A DNA stretch of 64,000 bases from an uncultured Tenacibaculum sp. (GTDB lineage Bacteria; Bacteroidota; Bacteroidia; Flavobacteriales; Flavobacteriaceae): NCBI GenBank assembly GCA_963666645.2, contig CAXXDB010000003.1, positions 405,494-469,493 on the forward strand. Direction: 5' to 3'. Positions 49,770 through 61,332 of the stretch are shown piece after piece. The notes beneath the pieces were generated by a model. That model made no database searches and had not been told where the DNA came from. It was given only the letters and a program-made list of their open reading frames with translations. The translations under genes were made by a program, and so were the position numbers. Every line of letters starts with the position of its first letter. Within the stretch, counting starts at the first letter, position 1.

Positions 49770-52589
49770 CTATAATTCTTTCTTTAAAAACTTTGCTGTA
49801 TAACTGGTTTTGTGTTTTGCTACTTGCTCTGGAATTCCGGTAACTAAGATTTGACCGCCACCTTTACCGCCTTCCATACCCATATCAATAATATAATCAG
49901 CAAGTTTTATCACATCTAAGTTGTGTTCAATAATTAAAACAGTATTTCCTTTTTCTACCAACTTGCTTAACACTTTCATTAATACACGGATATCTTCAAA
50001 ATGTAATCCGGTAGTAGGCTCATCCAGTATATAGAAAGTATTTCCGGTATCTCTCTTAGAGAGTTCTGAAGCTAACTTTACGCGTTGACTCTCTCCACCG
50101 GATAAAGTGGTTGATGGTTGCCCTAAAGTAATGTATCCCAATCCAACATCTTGAATGGTTTTTAATTTTCTGTATATTTTAGGGATGTGTTCAAAAAATC
50201 CGACCGCCTGATTAATTGTCATCTCTAAAACATCAGAAACAGATTTCCCTTTATAACGAATTTCCAGTGTTTCTCTGTTGAAACGTTTTCCCTGACAGAT
50301 TTCGCATTCAACATGAACATCGGGTAAGAAATTCATTTCAATAACTCGTAAACCACCACCCTGACAGGTTTCACATCGTCCACCTTTTACATTAAAACTA
50401 AATCGTCCGGATTTATAACCACGAATAGAAGCTTCCGGTATTTTAGCAAATAAATTTCTGATTTCATTAAAGACTCCGGTATAAGTCGCCGGATTAGAAC
50501 GCGGTGTTCTTCCAATAGGAGATTGATCAATATTGATAACCTTATCAACATGTTCCAGTCCTTTGATGTTTTTATAAGGCATTGGCTCTTTTACACCTCT
50601 GTAAATGTGAGCATTTAAAACTGGATATAATGTTTCATTGATTAAAGTTGATTTACCACTTCCGGAAACTCCGGTAACACAAATCATTCTCCCTAAAGGA
50701 AATTCAACAGAAACATTTTTTAAATTGTTCCCGGCAGCACCAATAAGTTTAATTGAGTTTCCATTTCCTTTTCTTCTTTTTTCAGGGATTTCAATTGTTC
50801 TTCTTTTCCATAAATAATCGGAGGTAAGTGTAGGGTGATTCTTTAAGTCCTCAAAAGATCCTTTACTAATAATTTCTCCGCCATGCCTTCCTGCACCAGG
50901 ACCAATATCCAATACATAATCAGCATTTCTAATCATATCCTCATCGTGTTCTATAACTAAAACAGAGTTGCCAATATCACGAAGCTTTAATAAAGAATCA
51001 ATTAATTTTTGATTATCTCGTTGATGCAGTCCGATACTAGGTTCATCTAAAATGTAAAGGACACCTACTAATTGTGAACCTATTTGAGTTGCCAGACGAA
51101 TACGTTGTGCTTCTCCGCCGGATAGTGATTTTGACACTCTGTCAAGCGTTAAATAATTGAGTCCGACATCTAATAAAAATTGAATTCTTGATCGGATTTC
51201 CTTTAAAATTTCAGAAGAAATTATAAGCTGTTTATCAGATATTTTTTTTTCAATTTCATGAAACCATCTGGATAATTCGCTTATATCCATTTGTGATAAA
51301 TTACTAATGTTTTTATCCAAAATTCTAAAATGTAATGCTTCTTTTTTCAATCTTTTTCCTTCACATACCGAGCATTTAACTTCATCCATAAAACCTTTAG
51401 CCCAACGTTTTATAGAAGAACTATCGGTATTTTTATATTGATTTTTTATAAAAGAGGTAATTCCTTCAAAATCGATTTGATAACTTCGGGTCACTCCGGC
51501 AGTTTTGGATTGAATTTCAAATGATTCTTTTCCTCCGTTGAGAATAATATCCAGAGCTTCATCAGGAATCCTATTAATAGGATCTGTTAATTTAAATGTA
51601 TAGCGTTCTGCTATATTTTCTAACTGTTTAAAAATCCAGCTATTTTTTTGTTCTCCCAAGGGAGATATTCCTCCATTTTTTATGGAAATCTGATTATCAG
51701 GAATTATTTTTTTTATATTTACTTCATTCGTAACCCCCAATCCATTACAAAGTTCACAAGCTCCTTTAGGTGAATTAAAAGAAAACGTATTGGGCTCCGG
51801 GTTCGGATATGCAATTCCTGTGGTCGGACACATGAGTTCTCTGCTGAAATACCTTGGTTTTATATTATTTGCATCAGTGACCATTAAAATATTATCTCCG
51901 GTGTGTAAAGCAGTTTTAATGGTTTCTTCTAAACGTTTTTCAGTATCAGAATTTACAACCAGCCGATCGATAACTACCTCAATATCGTGAGTTTCATATC
52001 GATTGAGTTTCATGCCCTTTTCAAGCTCTCGTATTTTTCCATCTACACGGACACGAATAAAACCTTGTTTAGAAATTTGTCCGAATAATTCTCTGTAGTG
52101 TCCTTTTCTTGACTTAATTAGAGGAGCAAGAATAGCAATGCGTTTTCCTGAAAAATCTTTTAAAATGAGTTCTTTGATTTGATTATCGGAATAACTAATC
52201 ATTTTTTCTTCTGTATTATACGAATAGGCATCAGCAGTACGCGAAAAAAGCAATCTCAGAAAATCATAAATTTCAGTAATAGTCCCAACAGTAGATCGTG
52301 GGCTTTTATTCGTAGTTTTCTGCTCGATTGAAATTACAGGTGATAAGCCATCAATCTTATCAACGTCAGGTCTTTCCGGGCTACCTAAAAATTGACGTGC
52401 ATAAGCAGAAAATGTTTCAACATATCGTCTTTGTCCTTCTGCATAAATGGTGTCAAAGGCTAATGAAGATTTACCGCTACCGCTTAAACCGGTAATTACC
52501 ACCAGCTTTTCACGGGGTATTTTTACATCAATATTTTTTAAGTTATGAACACGTACTCCGTAAACTTCGATAAATTTCTGATCTTTCAA
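49770..52589 (-). CDS. uvrA: Excinuclease ABC subunit A
   Basis: HNLKNI, GLSGSGKSSL, two LSGGE signatures, zinc fingers, DEPTTGLH. Confidence 0.97.
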   Translation of the reverse strand: MKDQKFIEVYGVRVHNLKNIDVKIPREKLVVITGLSGSGKSSLAFDTIYAEGQRRYVETFSAYARQFLGSPERPDVDKIDGLSPVISIEQKTTNKSPRSTVGTITEIYDFLRLLFSRTADAYSYNTEEKMISYSDNQIKELILKDFSGKRIAILAPLIKSRKGHYRELFGQISKQGFIRVRVDGKIRELEKGMKLNRYETHDIEVVIDRLVVNSDTEKRLEETIKTALHTGDNILMVTDANNIKPRYFSRELMCPTTGIAYPNPEPNTFSFNSPKGACELCNGLGVTNEVNIKKIIPDNQISIKNGGISPLGEQKNSWIFKQLENIAERYTFKLTDPINRIPDEALDIILNGGKESFEIQSKTAGVTRSYQIDFEGITSFIKNQYKNTDSSSIKRWAKGFMDEVKCSVCEGKRLKKEALHFRILDKNISNLSQMDISELSRWFHEIEKKISDKQLIISSEILKEIRSRIQFLLDVGLNYLTLDRVSKSLSGGEAQRIRLATQIGSQLVGVLYILDEPSIGLHQRDNQKLIDSLLKLRDIGNSVLVIEHDEDMIRNADYVLDIGPGAGRHGGEIISKGSFEDLKNHPTLTSDYLWKRRTIEIPEKRRKGNGNSIKLIGAAGNNLKNVSVEFPLGRMICVTGVSGSGKSTLINETLYPVLNAHIYRGVKEPMPYKNIKGLEHVDKVINIDQSPIGRTPRSNPATYTGVFNEIRNLFAKIPEASIRGYKSGRFSFNVKGGRCETCQGGGLRVIEMNFLPDVHVECEICQGKRFNRETLEIRYKGKSVSDVLEMTINQAVGFFEHIPKIYRKLKTIQDVGLGYITLGQPSTTLSGGESQRVKLASELSKRDTGNTFYILDEPTTGLHFEDIRVLMKVLSKLVEKGNTVLIIEHNLDVIKLADYIIDMGMEGGKGGGQILVTGIPEQVAKHKTSYTAKFLKKEL

Positions 52590-53119
52590 ACTGCTAATTT
52601 TGAGAAAAAGACAAATTTACTGAATACAAGGTAGATTTTGAATCTATGTTGATAACAATTAAATTTATAAAACCGTTTGAATAATAATATATTGAATATC
52701 AAAGAGTAAGATATTTTTTAGTGATGATTATTTAATTAAACTCAGCTTAATGATGTGGAATTATTTATGTTTTTTAAGAAATACTTTAGAAATATATAAA
52801 AACCAGTGCTTTCAATTTTTAATCTTGACTTAATAGTTTGAACTTCTGTCGGAGATGGAGAATAAAAATGAATAAAGAATTTGACTTAGGCATTTTGGGA
52901 CTATGACTAAAATTGGTGTTATACCATTAAAATACCAATATTTAAAGATTTGTCTAACAAATCAGATAGTTATATAAATTAATGACTGACGTTATGCAGT
53001 AAAAACATTAATTTTGAAGGATAAATTTTAATGACTTATTCGATTTATATATAGACTCTTTTACCGGTAACTTTAATATCCTAAACAATAAATCCGAACT
53101 ATTCAGCTCATCGTCCGAG

Positions 53120-53800
53120 TTATTTTTCTGAAAATTCTTCTTTTAGTAACAAAATATCATTAATTATTTTTTGCATGTTTTCGAATTTAGTACCATCGTA
53201 TATACCGCGAATTTGCCGGTTTTTATCAATTAAAATAAAATTCTCAGTATGAATAAAGTCCTGAATACCACCATCTCCTTCATCTAATACAGCAAAATAA
53301 CTTTTTCTTGCAAGTTGATAAATATGTTTTTTATCCCCTGTGGTTACATTCCATTTTTTATCTATAATTCCTTTTCGGTTTGCATATGTTTTTAATACAG
53401 ATACACTATCCAGTTTTGGAGTTACAGAGTGCGATAAAAACATAATACTATCGTCATCTTTAAAATATTCCTGTAATTCTATCATGTTATTAGTCATAGG
53501 AATACAAATCCCTCTGCAGGAAGCAAAAAAGAAGTCAGCTACATAAATCTTATCTTTATAATCCTCTTGTGTTATGAGTTTTCCATTTTGATTAATTAGT
53601 TGAAAATCGGAAACAGTATGGTTTTTTGTAAATATTCGTATTGAAGCATCTACCAGTTTAGGATTTATATCAGAAGGGTTGTAAACAGGCAGTTTTTTAT
53701 CTGCCTTCACTAAGAAATAGTAACAAGGCAAAGATGTTATTGTAAATATGATCAAAAAAAGAAGTGTATAACGTGATTTTTTTAAAAAATATACATTCAT
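53120..53800 (-). CDS. SCO1/SenC family protein
   Basis: FFASCRGIC CxxxC, SHSVTP..D, FIHTENFILID. Confidence 0.92.
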   Translation of the reverse strand: MNVYFLKKSRYTLLFLIIFTITSLPCYYFLVKADKKLPVYNPSDINPKLVDASIRIFTKNHTVSDFQLINQNGKLITQEDYKDKIYVADFFFASCRGICIPMTNNMIELQEYFKDDDSIMFLSHSVTPKLDSVSVLKTYANRKGIIDKKWNVTTGDKKHIYQLARKSYFAVLDEGDGGIQDFIHTENFILIDKNRQIRGIYDGTKFENMQKIINDILLLKEEFSEK

Positions 53801-54311
53801 TTTTAATGGATTTCTAATACAAAAATACTATAAAAATAAGAGTTTTTTAAAACATTTGTTAAAATATTTTATTTGGCTGACGGAGCAAAAATATCTAAAA
53901 AATATTATACTAAGAAGCTAATGGAATCCCATGGTTAATTTTTATCAACTATATTTGAATACGTCGCAGACCGGAATTTAAGTATCCATTTCCATAAGAA
54001 AAAATTAACAATTACCATACAAAAGACACACCTATTAGAAGAAACGTAAAGTTTTGACAGTTTTACAGAAAATATAGGACTACCTCTTGCCTGATGCAAA
54101 AGCCAGCCTAAACGCCTTGAAGGATATTACCTTCAAAATGAGGAAACATTAATCTAATGATTATTCATTTGAATGGTGTAAGCATTGGAATATATTTCAG
54201 TAAGAAAGATAATTATTTTTTAATGTTTTGTAAATAAATAAATTATATTTTTTATTGCATGAAAAGAAAAAAAATAATAAATTTACAATCAATAACCCAA
54301 ATTAGGAGTTT

Positions 54312-55226
54312 ATGAATAAAAGATTGATATATTTTATAGGCATTTTATTTACCATTCTACTCGGGGTTTACTCTAGCCTGAAGCTTTGCTGTTCATATAA
54401 AGCAAACAATGAAAGACATGTTTTCATTGAAGTTGAAGGTGAAGAAGAGAACTATATAAATCCTGCTTTGTATCCTTTTAACGTTAAAGATGTAAATGGA
54501 GATTTTTCTCTAAGTGTAAACGATAACTTTAATTTTGAAAGATCGGATTCTAATTTTTTACATCCAGTATCCTCAAGTTTAGATGTAGGAATTGGAAAAT
54601 TAAAAGATTATTTAGTAAAAGAGAATAAGTATCTATCTGTAATTGGTTATTATACTGATAATGAAAATAATAACTCTACATCTTCAAATTTAGGATTAGC
54701 AAGGGCAATTTCAATAAAAAACTATTTGATTTCAAAAGGAATTCCTTCAAAAATTATAAGTATTTACGGTGAAGCGAAAAATGAAATGATTTCAGATTTA
54801 CAAAATGTTTATCATGGACCATTAAATTTTAATATTCTTGAATTAAAAGATAGCTCAAAAGAAATTGCTGAATCAGATAAATATATAAAAGCACATCCTC
54901 TTATATTGTATTTTAAAAAAGACGAAGCAAGTATTAATTTAACTCAGGAAGAAAAAAAAGAAATTGCAAATATTGCTAAATATTTAACTAATAATGAAGG
55001 ATCTAGTTGCCTTATTATCGCACATACAGATAATACGGGAAATGTTTATTATAATTTAGATTTAGGAAAAAAAAGGGCAGATTTTGTAAAACAATACTTA
55101 GTTAACAAAGGAATTCTTTCAAGTAGAATTAAAGCGATTTCTAAAGGAGAAGCAGAGCCGGTTGCAGATAATAATACTGAAGAAAGTAAAGCAAAAAACA
55201 GAAGAACAGTGATAACAATTAAATAA
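54312..55226 (+). CDS. OmpA-family protein with two peptidoglycan-binding-like domains
   Basis: GYYTD.E...NLGLARA and AHTDNTG...LGKKRA...NRRTVI. Confidence 0.85.
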   Translation: MNKRLIYFIGILFTILLGVYSSLKLCCSYKANNERHVFIEVEGEEENYINPALYPFNVKDVNGDFSLSVNDNFNFERSDSNFLHPVSSSLDVGIGKLKDYLVKENKYLSVIGYYTDNENNNSTSSNLGLARAISIKNYLISKGIPSKIISIYGEAKNEMISDLQNVYHGPLNFNILELKDSSKEIAESDKYIKAHPLILYFKKDEASINLTQEEKKEIANIAKYLTNNEGSSCLIIAHTDNTGNVYYNLDLGKKRADFVKQYLVNKGILSSRIKAISKGEAEPVADNNTEESKAKNRRTVITIK

Positions 55227-55243
55227 CTCTAAAAATAAAAATT

Positions 55244-55798
55244 ATGTGGTGTATCATCATACCTGTTTTAGTAGGTTTCTTATCAGCCTTATTAGGCTAT
55301 CTGGCAGGAAGACACAATCTTAAAGATTTACAAGAGAATAATGATAGAGAAATACTAAAATTAAAAAATGAAATAACAGCTTTAAAAACTGATTTGGAAG
55401 CTTGTAAGGAAAGCAAATTAGAATTAGCTTCTGATTTAAAATTAGCGAGAAAATCAAATAGTGGAAATACAGAAATTGATTCTTCTTTTACGAGTACAGA
55501 TACTGCAGCCTTAATGCCTTTTGATGCTGAAACTGCTAAAGCTGTATTTGGTAAAAAAATTAAACAAGATGATTTAAAAATTATTGGAGGTATTGGGCCT
55601 AAAATTGAAGAACTGTTTCATAGCTCCGGAATTAAAACTTGGAAGGCATTGGGCGAAACCTCAATAGAAAAATGTCAGAAGGTATTAGATAGCGGTGGGA
55701 AACGTTACAGAATTCATAAACCTGCCACCTGGCCTCAACAAGCAACATTAGCATACCGGGGGAAATGGAAAGATTTGCTAAAATGGCAGGGAAAATAA
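55244..55798 (+). CDS. Membrane-anchored coiled-coil protein with helix-hairpin-helix (DUF4332-like) C-terminus
   Basis: N-terminal TM; DDLKIIGGIGPKIEELFHSSGIKTWKAL, TWPQQA. Confidence 0.7.
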   Translation: MWCIIIPVLVGFLSALLGYLAGRHNLKDLQENNDREILKLKNEITALKTDLEACKESKLELASDLKLARKSNSGNTEIDSSFTSTDTAALMPFDAETAKAVFGKKIKQDDLKIIGGIGPKIEELFHSSGIKTWKALGETSIEKCQKVLDSGGKRYRIHKPATWPQQATLAYRGKWKDLLKWQGK

Positions 55799-56251
55799 TT
55801 ATGCTTCGGGAGTATATTGGCGGAATGAAAATAATATCAAATAATTCAGACAATAAAATTTGCCTGCCAAATAATTTCCAGGAAATATTTTTACTTAAAA
55901 AAAGAAAACTTGGATTTCTAAAAAGGATTAGAAAAAAATATAATTTCGATTGATTAATGAAAGCTTGAAAATTAACTACAAATCAGCAATTTAATTTTAC
56001 GCTAATCAGAACTAAAATTCATTACGGTTACGGAATCCGGAGAGGATTTTAGATTGGAATAAGCACAAATAAAAAACAGTTTAGCTGTGAACAAGTATTG
56101 TCTTACAGGTTGGGGTAATATTAGCAGTATATTGATATATTTATTTTGGTTTTTTCAGGGGCATTACGAATATTCTAAAGACTATCATAAGGAAAAATTA
56201 TAGCTACTTGTACTTTATGAAATCGTCAGGGGGGCAATAAAGCAGTACAGA

Positions 56252-57348
56252 ATGATTAATAAAAGGTTACTTATTAGAAACTTACTTTCTCATAATGATG
56301 AAAATAGTTTTTATGATAAAAAACAAAAACTGTCGTTAGGAAATAAAGAAGGAAAAGCAAAATTTATAAAACATATTTGTGCATTATCAAACTCTAATCC
56401 AAATAATAACTCTTATATCTTAATTGGTATTAGAGACGAAGATGATGAGGTAATTGGTGTTGATTTTTTTGATGACAGTAAGATTCAGAATTTAGTAAAT
56501 GCCTGTTTAGTCAATCCTCCAAAAATTCAATATGAAAATATCTCATTCCCCGGATTGCCCAGATATAAAGTGATTGGTTTAGTAACAATACATCCAAAAA
56601 ATAATACTTCATACTTATCAAAATTTATATGGAAATATCCAAAAGAAACCATTTTTTATAGAAGAGGTAGTAATTCCTTACCTATTGAAGGTGCATTTGA
56701 ACTCCCTAACAGCAATCAGGATATAGTTGAAGCTATTGAAAAAAATGCAAGAAATAATATTCAATTAACACTCGATGGAGTCTTTGACTTTATAAATAAA
56801 CACAAAGAAGAATACAATCCAAAGTATAAGGTTTTTAAAGAGCAGTTTGTGTTATGTTGGGCAGGAAAAAAAATAGTCATTAATAACGAAGAATTTTATT
56901 CGAGAGTAGATATTGAACTTATCAATGAGCAAGTTCAACTATTTTATTCAGTTTTAGATGAAGTCCAAATAAAAATTAATGAACATTCGTTTATTATTGT
57001 GGAGTATATTTTATTGGGACTGAAAAAAAATGAAGTACGCTATCCACTTGAAAAAACAGTGATTCATTTTAAAGATAATGGAAAACTGGCTATTGTTAAA
57101 GATTTTTTATTTGAACCCCCCTGTTTATGATGAAGCGATTATTAATCACATCTACGAGAATAGCAATCATATTATAAATAAGATTGAAAAAAATAAACCT
57201 CTCTCTGTTACAGAATACGAGGATGTATCGCACTTACCTGATAATTATTTAATCTGTTATCTCAATGGTTTTTTAGATGTAAAAAAACAACTGGAGAAAG
57301 CTGAAAATTATATAAAAAATCTGAAAGATAAAACAGCTTATATAAAAT
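56252..57348 (+). pseudogene. AlbA_2 (Schlafen-like) domain protein, frameshifted in a C6 run and truncated by IS982
   Basis: ENSFYDKKQKL, ICALSNSNP..SYILIG; FEPP frame shifts at 57116-57121 and the downstream frame runs into the IS end at 57349. Confidence 0.8.
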
Positions 57349-58277
57349 ACCCGTTGTGCATTAATAATTGAATAATAAAAGATGTTCATTGATTCATTAA
57401 ACCCGTATATTTATTTGAATATCAATCAATTAAATATATGAACAACTTTACAGCAAATTACAATAAAATTTTAGAAACATTAAAGTCTATTACTGAAAAA
57501 GAACAATTTTTAAATCAAAAAAGGAAACCAAAACTAAAAGACATAGAATTAATTGTTTCGAGAGCTTTCAATTGATTTAAAAAATAAGACTGAGGTTCTG
57601 TTTATAATAGAAGGAAGCGAGAATTATTTTTTGCAATGGAGTTTATTAGAAATGAATTATCAAATAAGTTTAATGAATTTGAAAACTATTTTGTTGAAGA
57701 TAGTATGCCTTTAGAAGTGGTCAAATTATCAAGAAGTAATAGTAGTAAAACTTGTAAAGAAGAATTTTATAGCTCACCAAATAGAAGTTTTTGTGCAAGT
57801 CAAAATACGCATTATCATGGTCACAAAATTCATGCAGTTTGTTCTATTGAAGGGGTATTCAAAAGTTTTGACATAAGCAAAGCCTCCGTTCACGATATTC
57901 ATTATTTAAAAGATATAAAACAACCGTTTAATAATTGTGTGATTTTGGGAGACAAAGGTTAATTAAGCACTGAATATCAATTATATATGTTTGAAAGCAA
58001 GCAAATAAAACTGGAGGTTCCAAAACGTAAAAGTCAATATAATTACAAAAAAAACCTACATTTTTAGAAAGAAAAGAAAGCGAATAGAAACTTTGTTTTC
58101 AGAACTTTGTGGCCAATTTATGATACGATGTAATTATGCTAAATCTTTTAAAGGGTTTAAAACAAGAATACTATCAAAATTAACATCATTAACAGTAATT
58201 CAGTTTATTAATAGGTTTGTTTTTGATAGAAATATAAATAATTTAAAAAATTAACATTATTTAAATGCACAACGGGT
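57349..58277 (+). mobile_element. IS982-family element copy 2 (pseudogenised, 50-bp internal deletion)
   Basis: Same terminal inverted repeats; near-identical to 47884-48860. Confidence 0.92.
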
Positions 58278-58385
58278 AGAACTATAATAATCATGTTATC
58301 CCTGCAAAAAACCTTAATATATTAACCAAAAGCTAAACCTTGGACTTAATAATTATATCTGCTTCCTTCAAATAATTGACTTTAT

Positions 58386-58416
58386 TTTGATTAAATGTTA
58401 TTTTTTTATACTTTTG
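58386..58416 (+). promoter_or_regulatory. Bacteroidota housekeeping promoter upstream of rplC
   Basis: TTTG (58386-58389), 19-nt spacer, TACTTTTG (58409-58416). Confidence 0.7.
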
Positions 58417-58653
58417 CAGTCCAAAACTTAGAATAGTAAGTAATTATAAAAACTAAATTTTGGAAAACATGTCCGGAGGGTTTCGCAAAGGAAAAACGGT
58501 AAAACATTAATAGTTAAAGCCTAAACAATGTTTTATGCTCTTTTTTTGCGACTTTATTAACGGGTAAATTGAAACTTTTGTTTCAAATGATTAAATCAGT
58601 AATAGACGCACTAGAGAAAAATAAAAAATCTATCGTCTTAAAATTAACAGATT

Positions 58654-59271
58654 ATGTCTGGGTTAATAGGAAGGAAAATTGGAATGACCAGTTTATTTGA
58701 CGAAAACGGAAAGAATATTCCATGTACAGTCATCGAGGCAGGTCCTTGCATAGTTACTCAAATCAGAACCCAAGAAGTTGATGGCTACGATGCTTTACAA
58801 CTTGGTTTCGATGACAAAAAAGCAAAAAGTTCTAACAAAGCGTTAGATGGTCATTTTAAAAAAGCTGATACCGTTGCTAAGAAAAAAGTCATTGAATTCC
58901 AGGGTTTTGAAAATAAATACGACTTGGGAAACTCAATTACTGTTGATCATTTTGTTGAAGGAGAGTTTGTTGATGTTTCAGGAATCTCTAAAGGTAAAGG
59001 GTTTCAAGGTGTTGTAAGACGCTATGGATTTGGAGGTGTTGGACAAGCAACACATGGTCAGCACAACCGTTTAAGAGCACCAGGTTCTATAGGTGCGGCT
59101 TCTTATCCTGCAAGAGTGTTCAAAGGAATGCGAATGGCAGGACGTATGGGAGGAGATAAAGTTAAAGTTCAAAACTTAAAAGTGTTAAAAATAGTTCCGG
59201 AAAACAATGTTTTAGTTGTAAAAGGAGCAGTTCCGGGACACAAAAACTCTTATGTAATTATTGAGAAGTAA
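58654..59271 (+). CDS. rplC: 50S ribosomal protein L3
   Basis: [30 protein letters not shown]. Confidence 0.98.
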   Translation: MSGLIGRKIGMTSLFDENGKNIPCTVIEAGPCIVTQIRTQEVDGYDALQLGFDDKKAKSSNKALDGHFKKADTVAKKKVIEFQGFENKYDLGNSITVDHFVEGEFVDVSGISKGKGFQGVVRRYGFGGVGQATHGQHNRLRAPGSIGAASYPARVFKGMRMAGRMGGDKVKVQNLKVLKIVPENNVLVVKGAVPGHKNSYVIIEK

Positions 59272-59900
59272 TGAAAACAGTAATATTAGATATCACAGGA
59301 AAAGATACTGGTAGAAAAATTGAACTTTCTAATGAAGTATTCGGAATAGAGCCAAATAATCATGCAATCTACTTAGATGTAAGGCAATATTTGGCAAATC
59401 AAAGACAAGGAACTCATAAAGCAAAAGAAAGAGGTGAGATTACCGGAAGTACCAGGAAGATTAAAAAACAAAAAGGAACAGGTACAGCTCGTGCGGGAAG
59501 TATCAAATCTCCGGTTTTCAGAGGTGGCGGACGTGTTTTCGGACCAAGACCAAGAAACTATTCTTTCAAATTAAATAAAAACTTAAAGCGTTTAGCATGT
59601 AAATCAGCTTTAAGTATTCAGGCAAAAGATAGCAATTTAGTAGTTATTGAAGATTTCAACTTTGAAACCCCGAAAACTAAAGAATTTGTTAATGTATTAA
59701 AAGCTTTAGAATTAGATACAAATAAAACATTATTTGTGTTGGAAGAGAAAAATAAAAATATATACTTATCTTCCAGAAATATACAAAACTCTAAAGTTGT
59801 GGAAGCTTCAGGTATAAATACTTACAATGTGTTAAATGCAAATAAAGTAGTTATTACTGAAAGCACTTTAGAAAGAATAGAATCTAATTTAAGTAAATAG
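59271..59900 (+). CDS. rplD: 50S ribosomal protein L4
   Basis: [26 protein letters not shown]. Confidence 0.98.
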   Translation: MKTVILDITGKDTGRKIELSNEVFGIEPNNHAIYLDVRQYLANQRQGTHKAKERGEITGSTRKIKKQKGTGTARAGSIKSPVFRGGGRVFGPRPRNYSFKLNKNLKRLACKSALSIQAKDSNLVVIEDFNFETPKTKEFVNVLKALELDTNKTLFVLEEKNKNIYLSSRNIQNSKVVEASGINTYNVLNANKVVITESTLERIESNLSK

Positions 59901-59910
59901 GATTTTCATA

Positions 59911-60198
59911 ATGAATATTTTAATAAAACCTGTTATTACAGAGAAAGCAACAATAGATAGTCAAAAGTTTAATCGTTACACTTTTGTTATAAAAAAAAAT
60001 GCTAACAAAATTCAAGTAAAGAATGCTGTAGAAAGTACTTACGGAGTGACAGTAAATAAAGTAAGGACTTTAAACCATCCGGCATTAAGAAAAACTAAAC
60101 ATACTAAAAAAGGATTAGTTACCGGCTTGACAAGTGGCTATAAAAAAGCCGTTGTTCAGTTAGCAGAAGGCGAAATTGATTTTTATAACAATCTATAA
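59911..60198 (+). CDS. rplW: 50S ribosomal protein L23
   Basis: KPVITEK, ANKIQVK, YKKAVV. Confidence 0.97.
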   Translation: MNILIKPVITEKATIDSQKFNRYTFVIKKNANKIQVKNAVESTYGVTVNKVRTLNHPALRKTKHTKKGLVTGLTSGYKKAVVQLAEGEIDFYNNL

Positions 60199-60213
60199 GA
60201 ATAAGGAAAACAA

Positions 60214-61038
60214 ATGTCAGTTAGAAAATTAAAACCAATAACACCAGGTCAGCGTTTTAGAGTTGTGAATGGATTCGATACCATTACTGCTGATAAGCCG
60301 GAAAAGTCATTATTGAATCCGAAGAAAAGAACTGGAGGTCGAAACAGTCAGGGTCGTATGACTACCCGAAACAGAGGGGGAGGTCATAAAAAAAGATATC
60401 GTATTATCGATTTTAAACGTAATAGATATAACGATCCTGCAACAGTGTTAACTATCGAATATGATCCAAACCGTACAGCATTTATTGCGTTAGTTCAATA
60501 TGCTGATGGAGAAAAAAGGTATGTGATTGCACAGAACGGATTAAAAGTGGGGCAAACCATCGTCTCAGGTAAAGAAGCTACACCGGATGTTGGAAATACT
60601 ATGTTCTTGAGTGATATTCCTTTAGGTACAACTATTTCTTGTATTGAATTACGTCCGGGACAAGGAGCTGTTATGACTCGTTCTGCTGGTTCTTTTGCTC
60701 AATTAATGGCAAGAGATGGTAAATATGCAATTGTAAAATTACCATCAGGGGAAACAAGATTAATCTTACAAACTTGTACGGCAACTATCGGAGTTGTTTC
60801 TAACTCAGATCATCAGTTAATCGTTTCTGGTAAAGCTGGCAGATCCAGATGGTTAGGAAGGAGACCAAGAACAAATGCGGTAAGAATGAACCCCGTAGAT
60901 CACCCAATGGGTGGTGGTGAAGGACGTTCTTCCGGAGGACATCCGAGATCTAGAAATGGTATCCCGGCTAAAGGATATAAAACCAGATCGAAGACTAAAG
61001 ACAGTAACAAGTATATTTTAGAACGTGGAAATAAATAA
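60214..61038 (+). CDS. rplB: 50S ribosomal protein L2
   Basis: [28 protein letters not shown]. Confidence 0.98.
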   Translation: MSVRKLKPITPGQRFRVVNGFDTITADKPEKSLLNPKKRTGGRNSQGRMTTRNRGGGHKKRYRIIDFKRNRYNDPATVLTIEYDPNRTAFIALVQYADGEKRYVIAQNGLKVGQTIVSGKEATPDVGNTMFLSDIPLGTTISCIELRPGQGAVMTRSAGSFAQLMARDGKYAIVKLPSGETRLILQTCTATIGVVSNSDHQLIVSGKAGRSRWLGRRPRTNAVRMNPVDHPMGGGEGRSSGGHPRSRNGIPAKGYKTRSKTKDSNKYILERGNK

Positions 61039-61044
61039 TAAATC

Positions 61045-61323
61045 ATGGCAAGATCATTAAAAAAAGGACCGTACGTTCACTATAAGTTACAAAGAAAAGT
61101 ATTAGCTAACGTTGAATCAGGCAAAAAATCTGTAATCAAAACCTGGTCCAGAGCTAGTATGATTACTCCTGATTTCGTTGGACAAACTATTGCTGTTCAT
61201 AACGGACGTCAGTTTGTACCTGTTTACGTTACAGAAAACATGGTAGGTCATAAGTTAGGCGAATTTTCACCAACACGCTCATTCCGTGGACACGCTGGTG
61301 CTAAAAATAAAGGAAAAAAATAG
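61045..61323 (+). CDS. rpsS: 30S ribosomal protein S19
   Basis: [22 protein letters not shown]. Confidence 0.98.
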   Translation: MARSLKKGPYVHYKLQRKVLANVESGKKSVIKTWSRASMITPDFVGQTIAVHNGRQFVPVYVTENMVGHKLGEFSPTRSFRGHAGAKNKGKK

Positions 61324-61332
61324 CAGAATATT

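Noticed and set aside
53880-54200. Somewhat GC-richer intergenic stretches (also 52600-53100, 55900-56250, 43900-44200, 47340-47570)
   Set aside because: Probably decayed coding DNA, but I could not recognise any family or structure.
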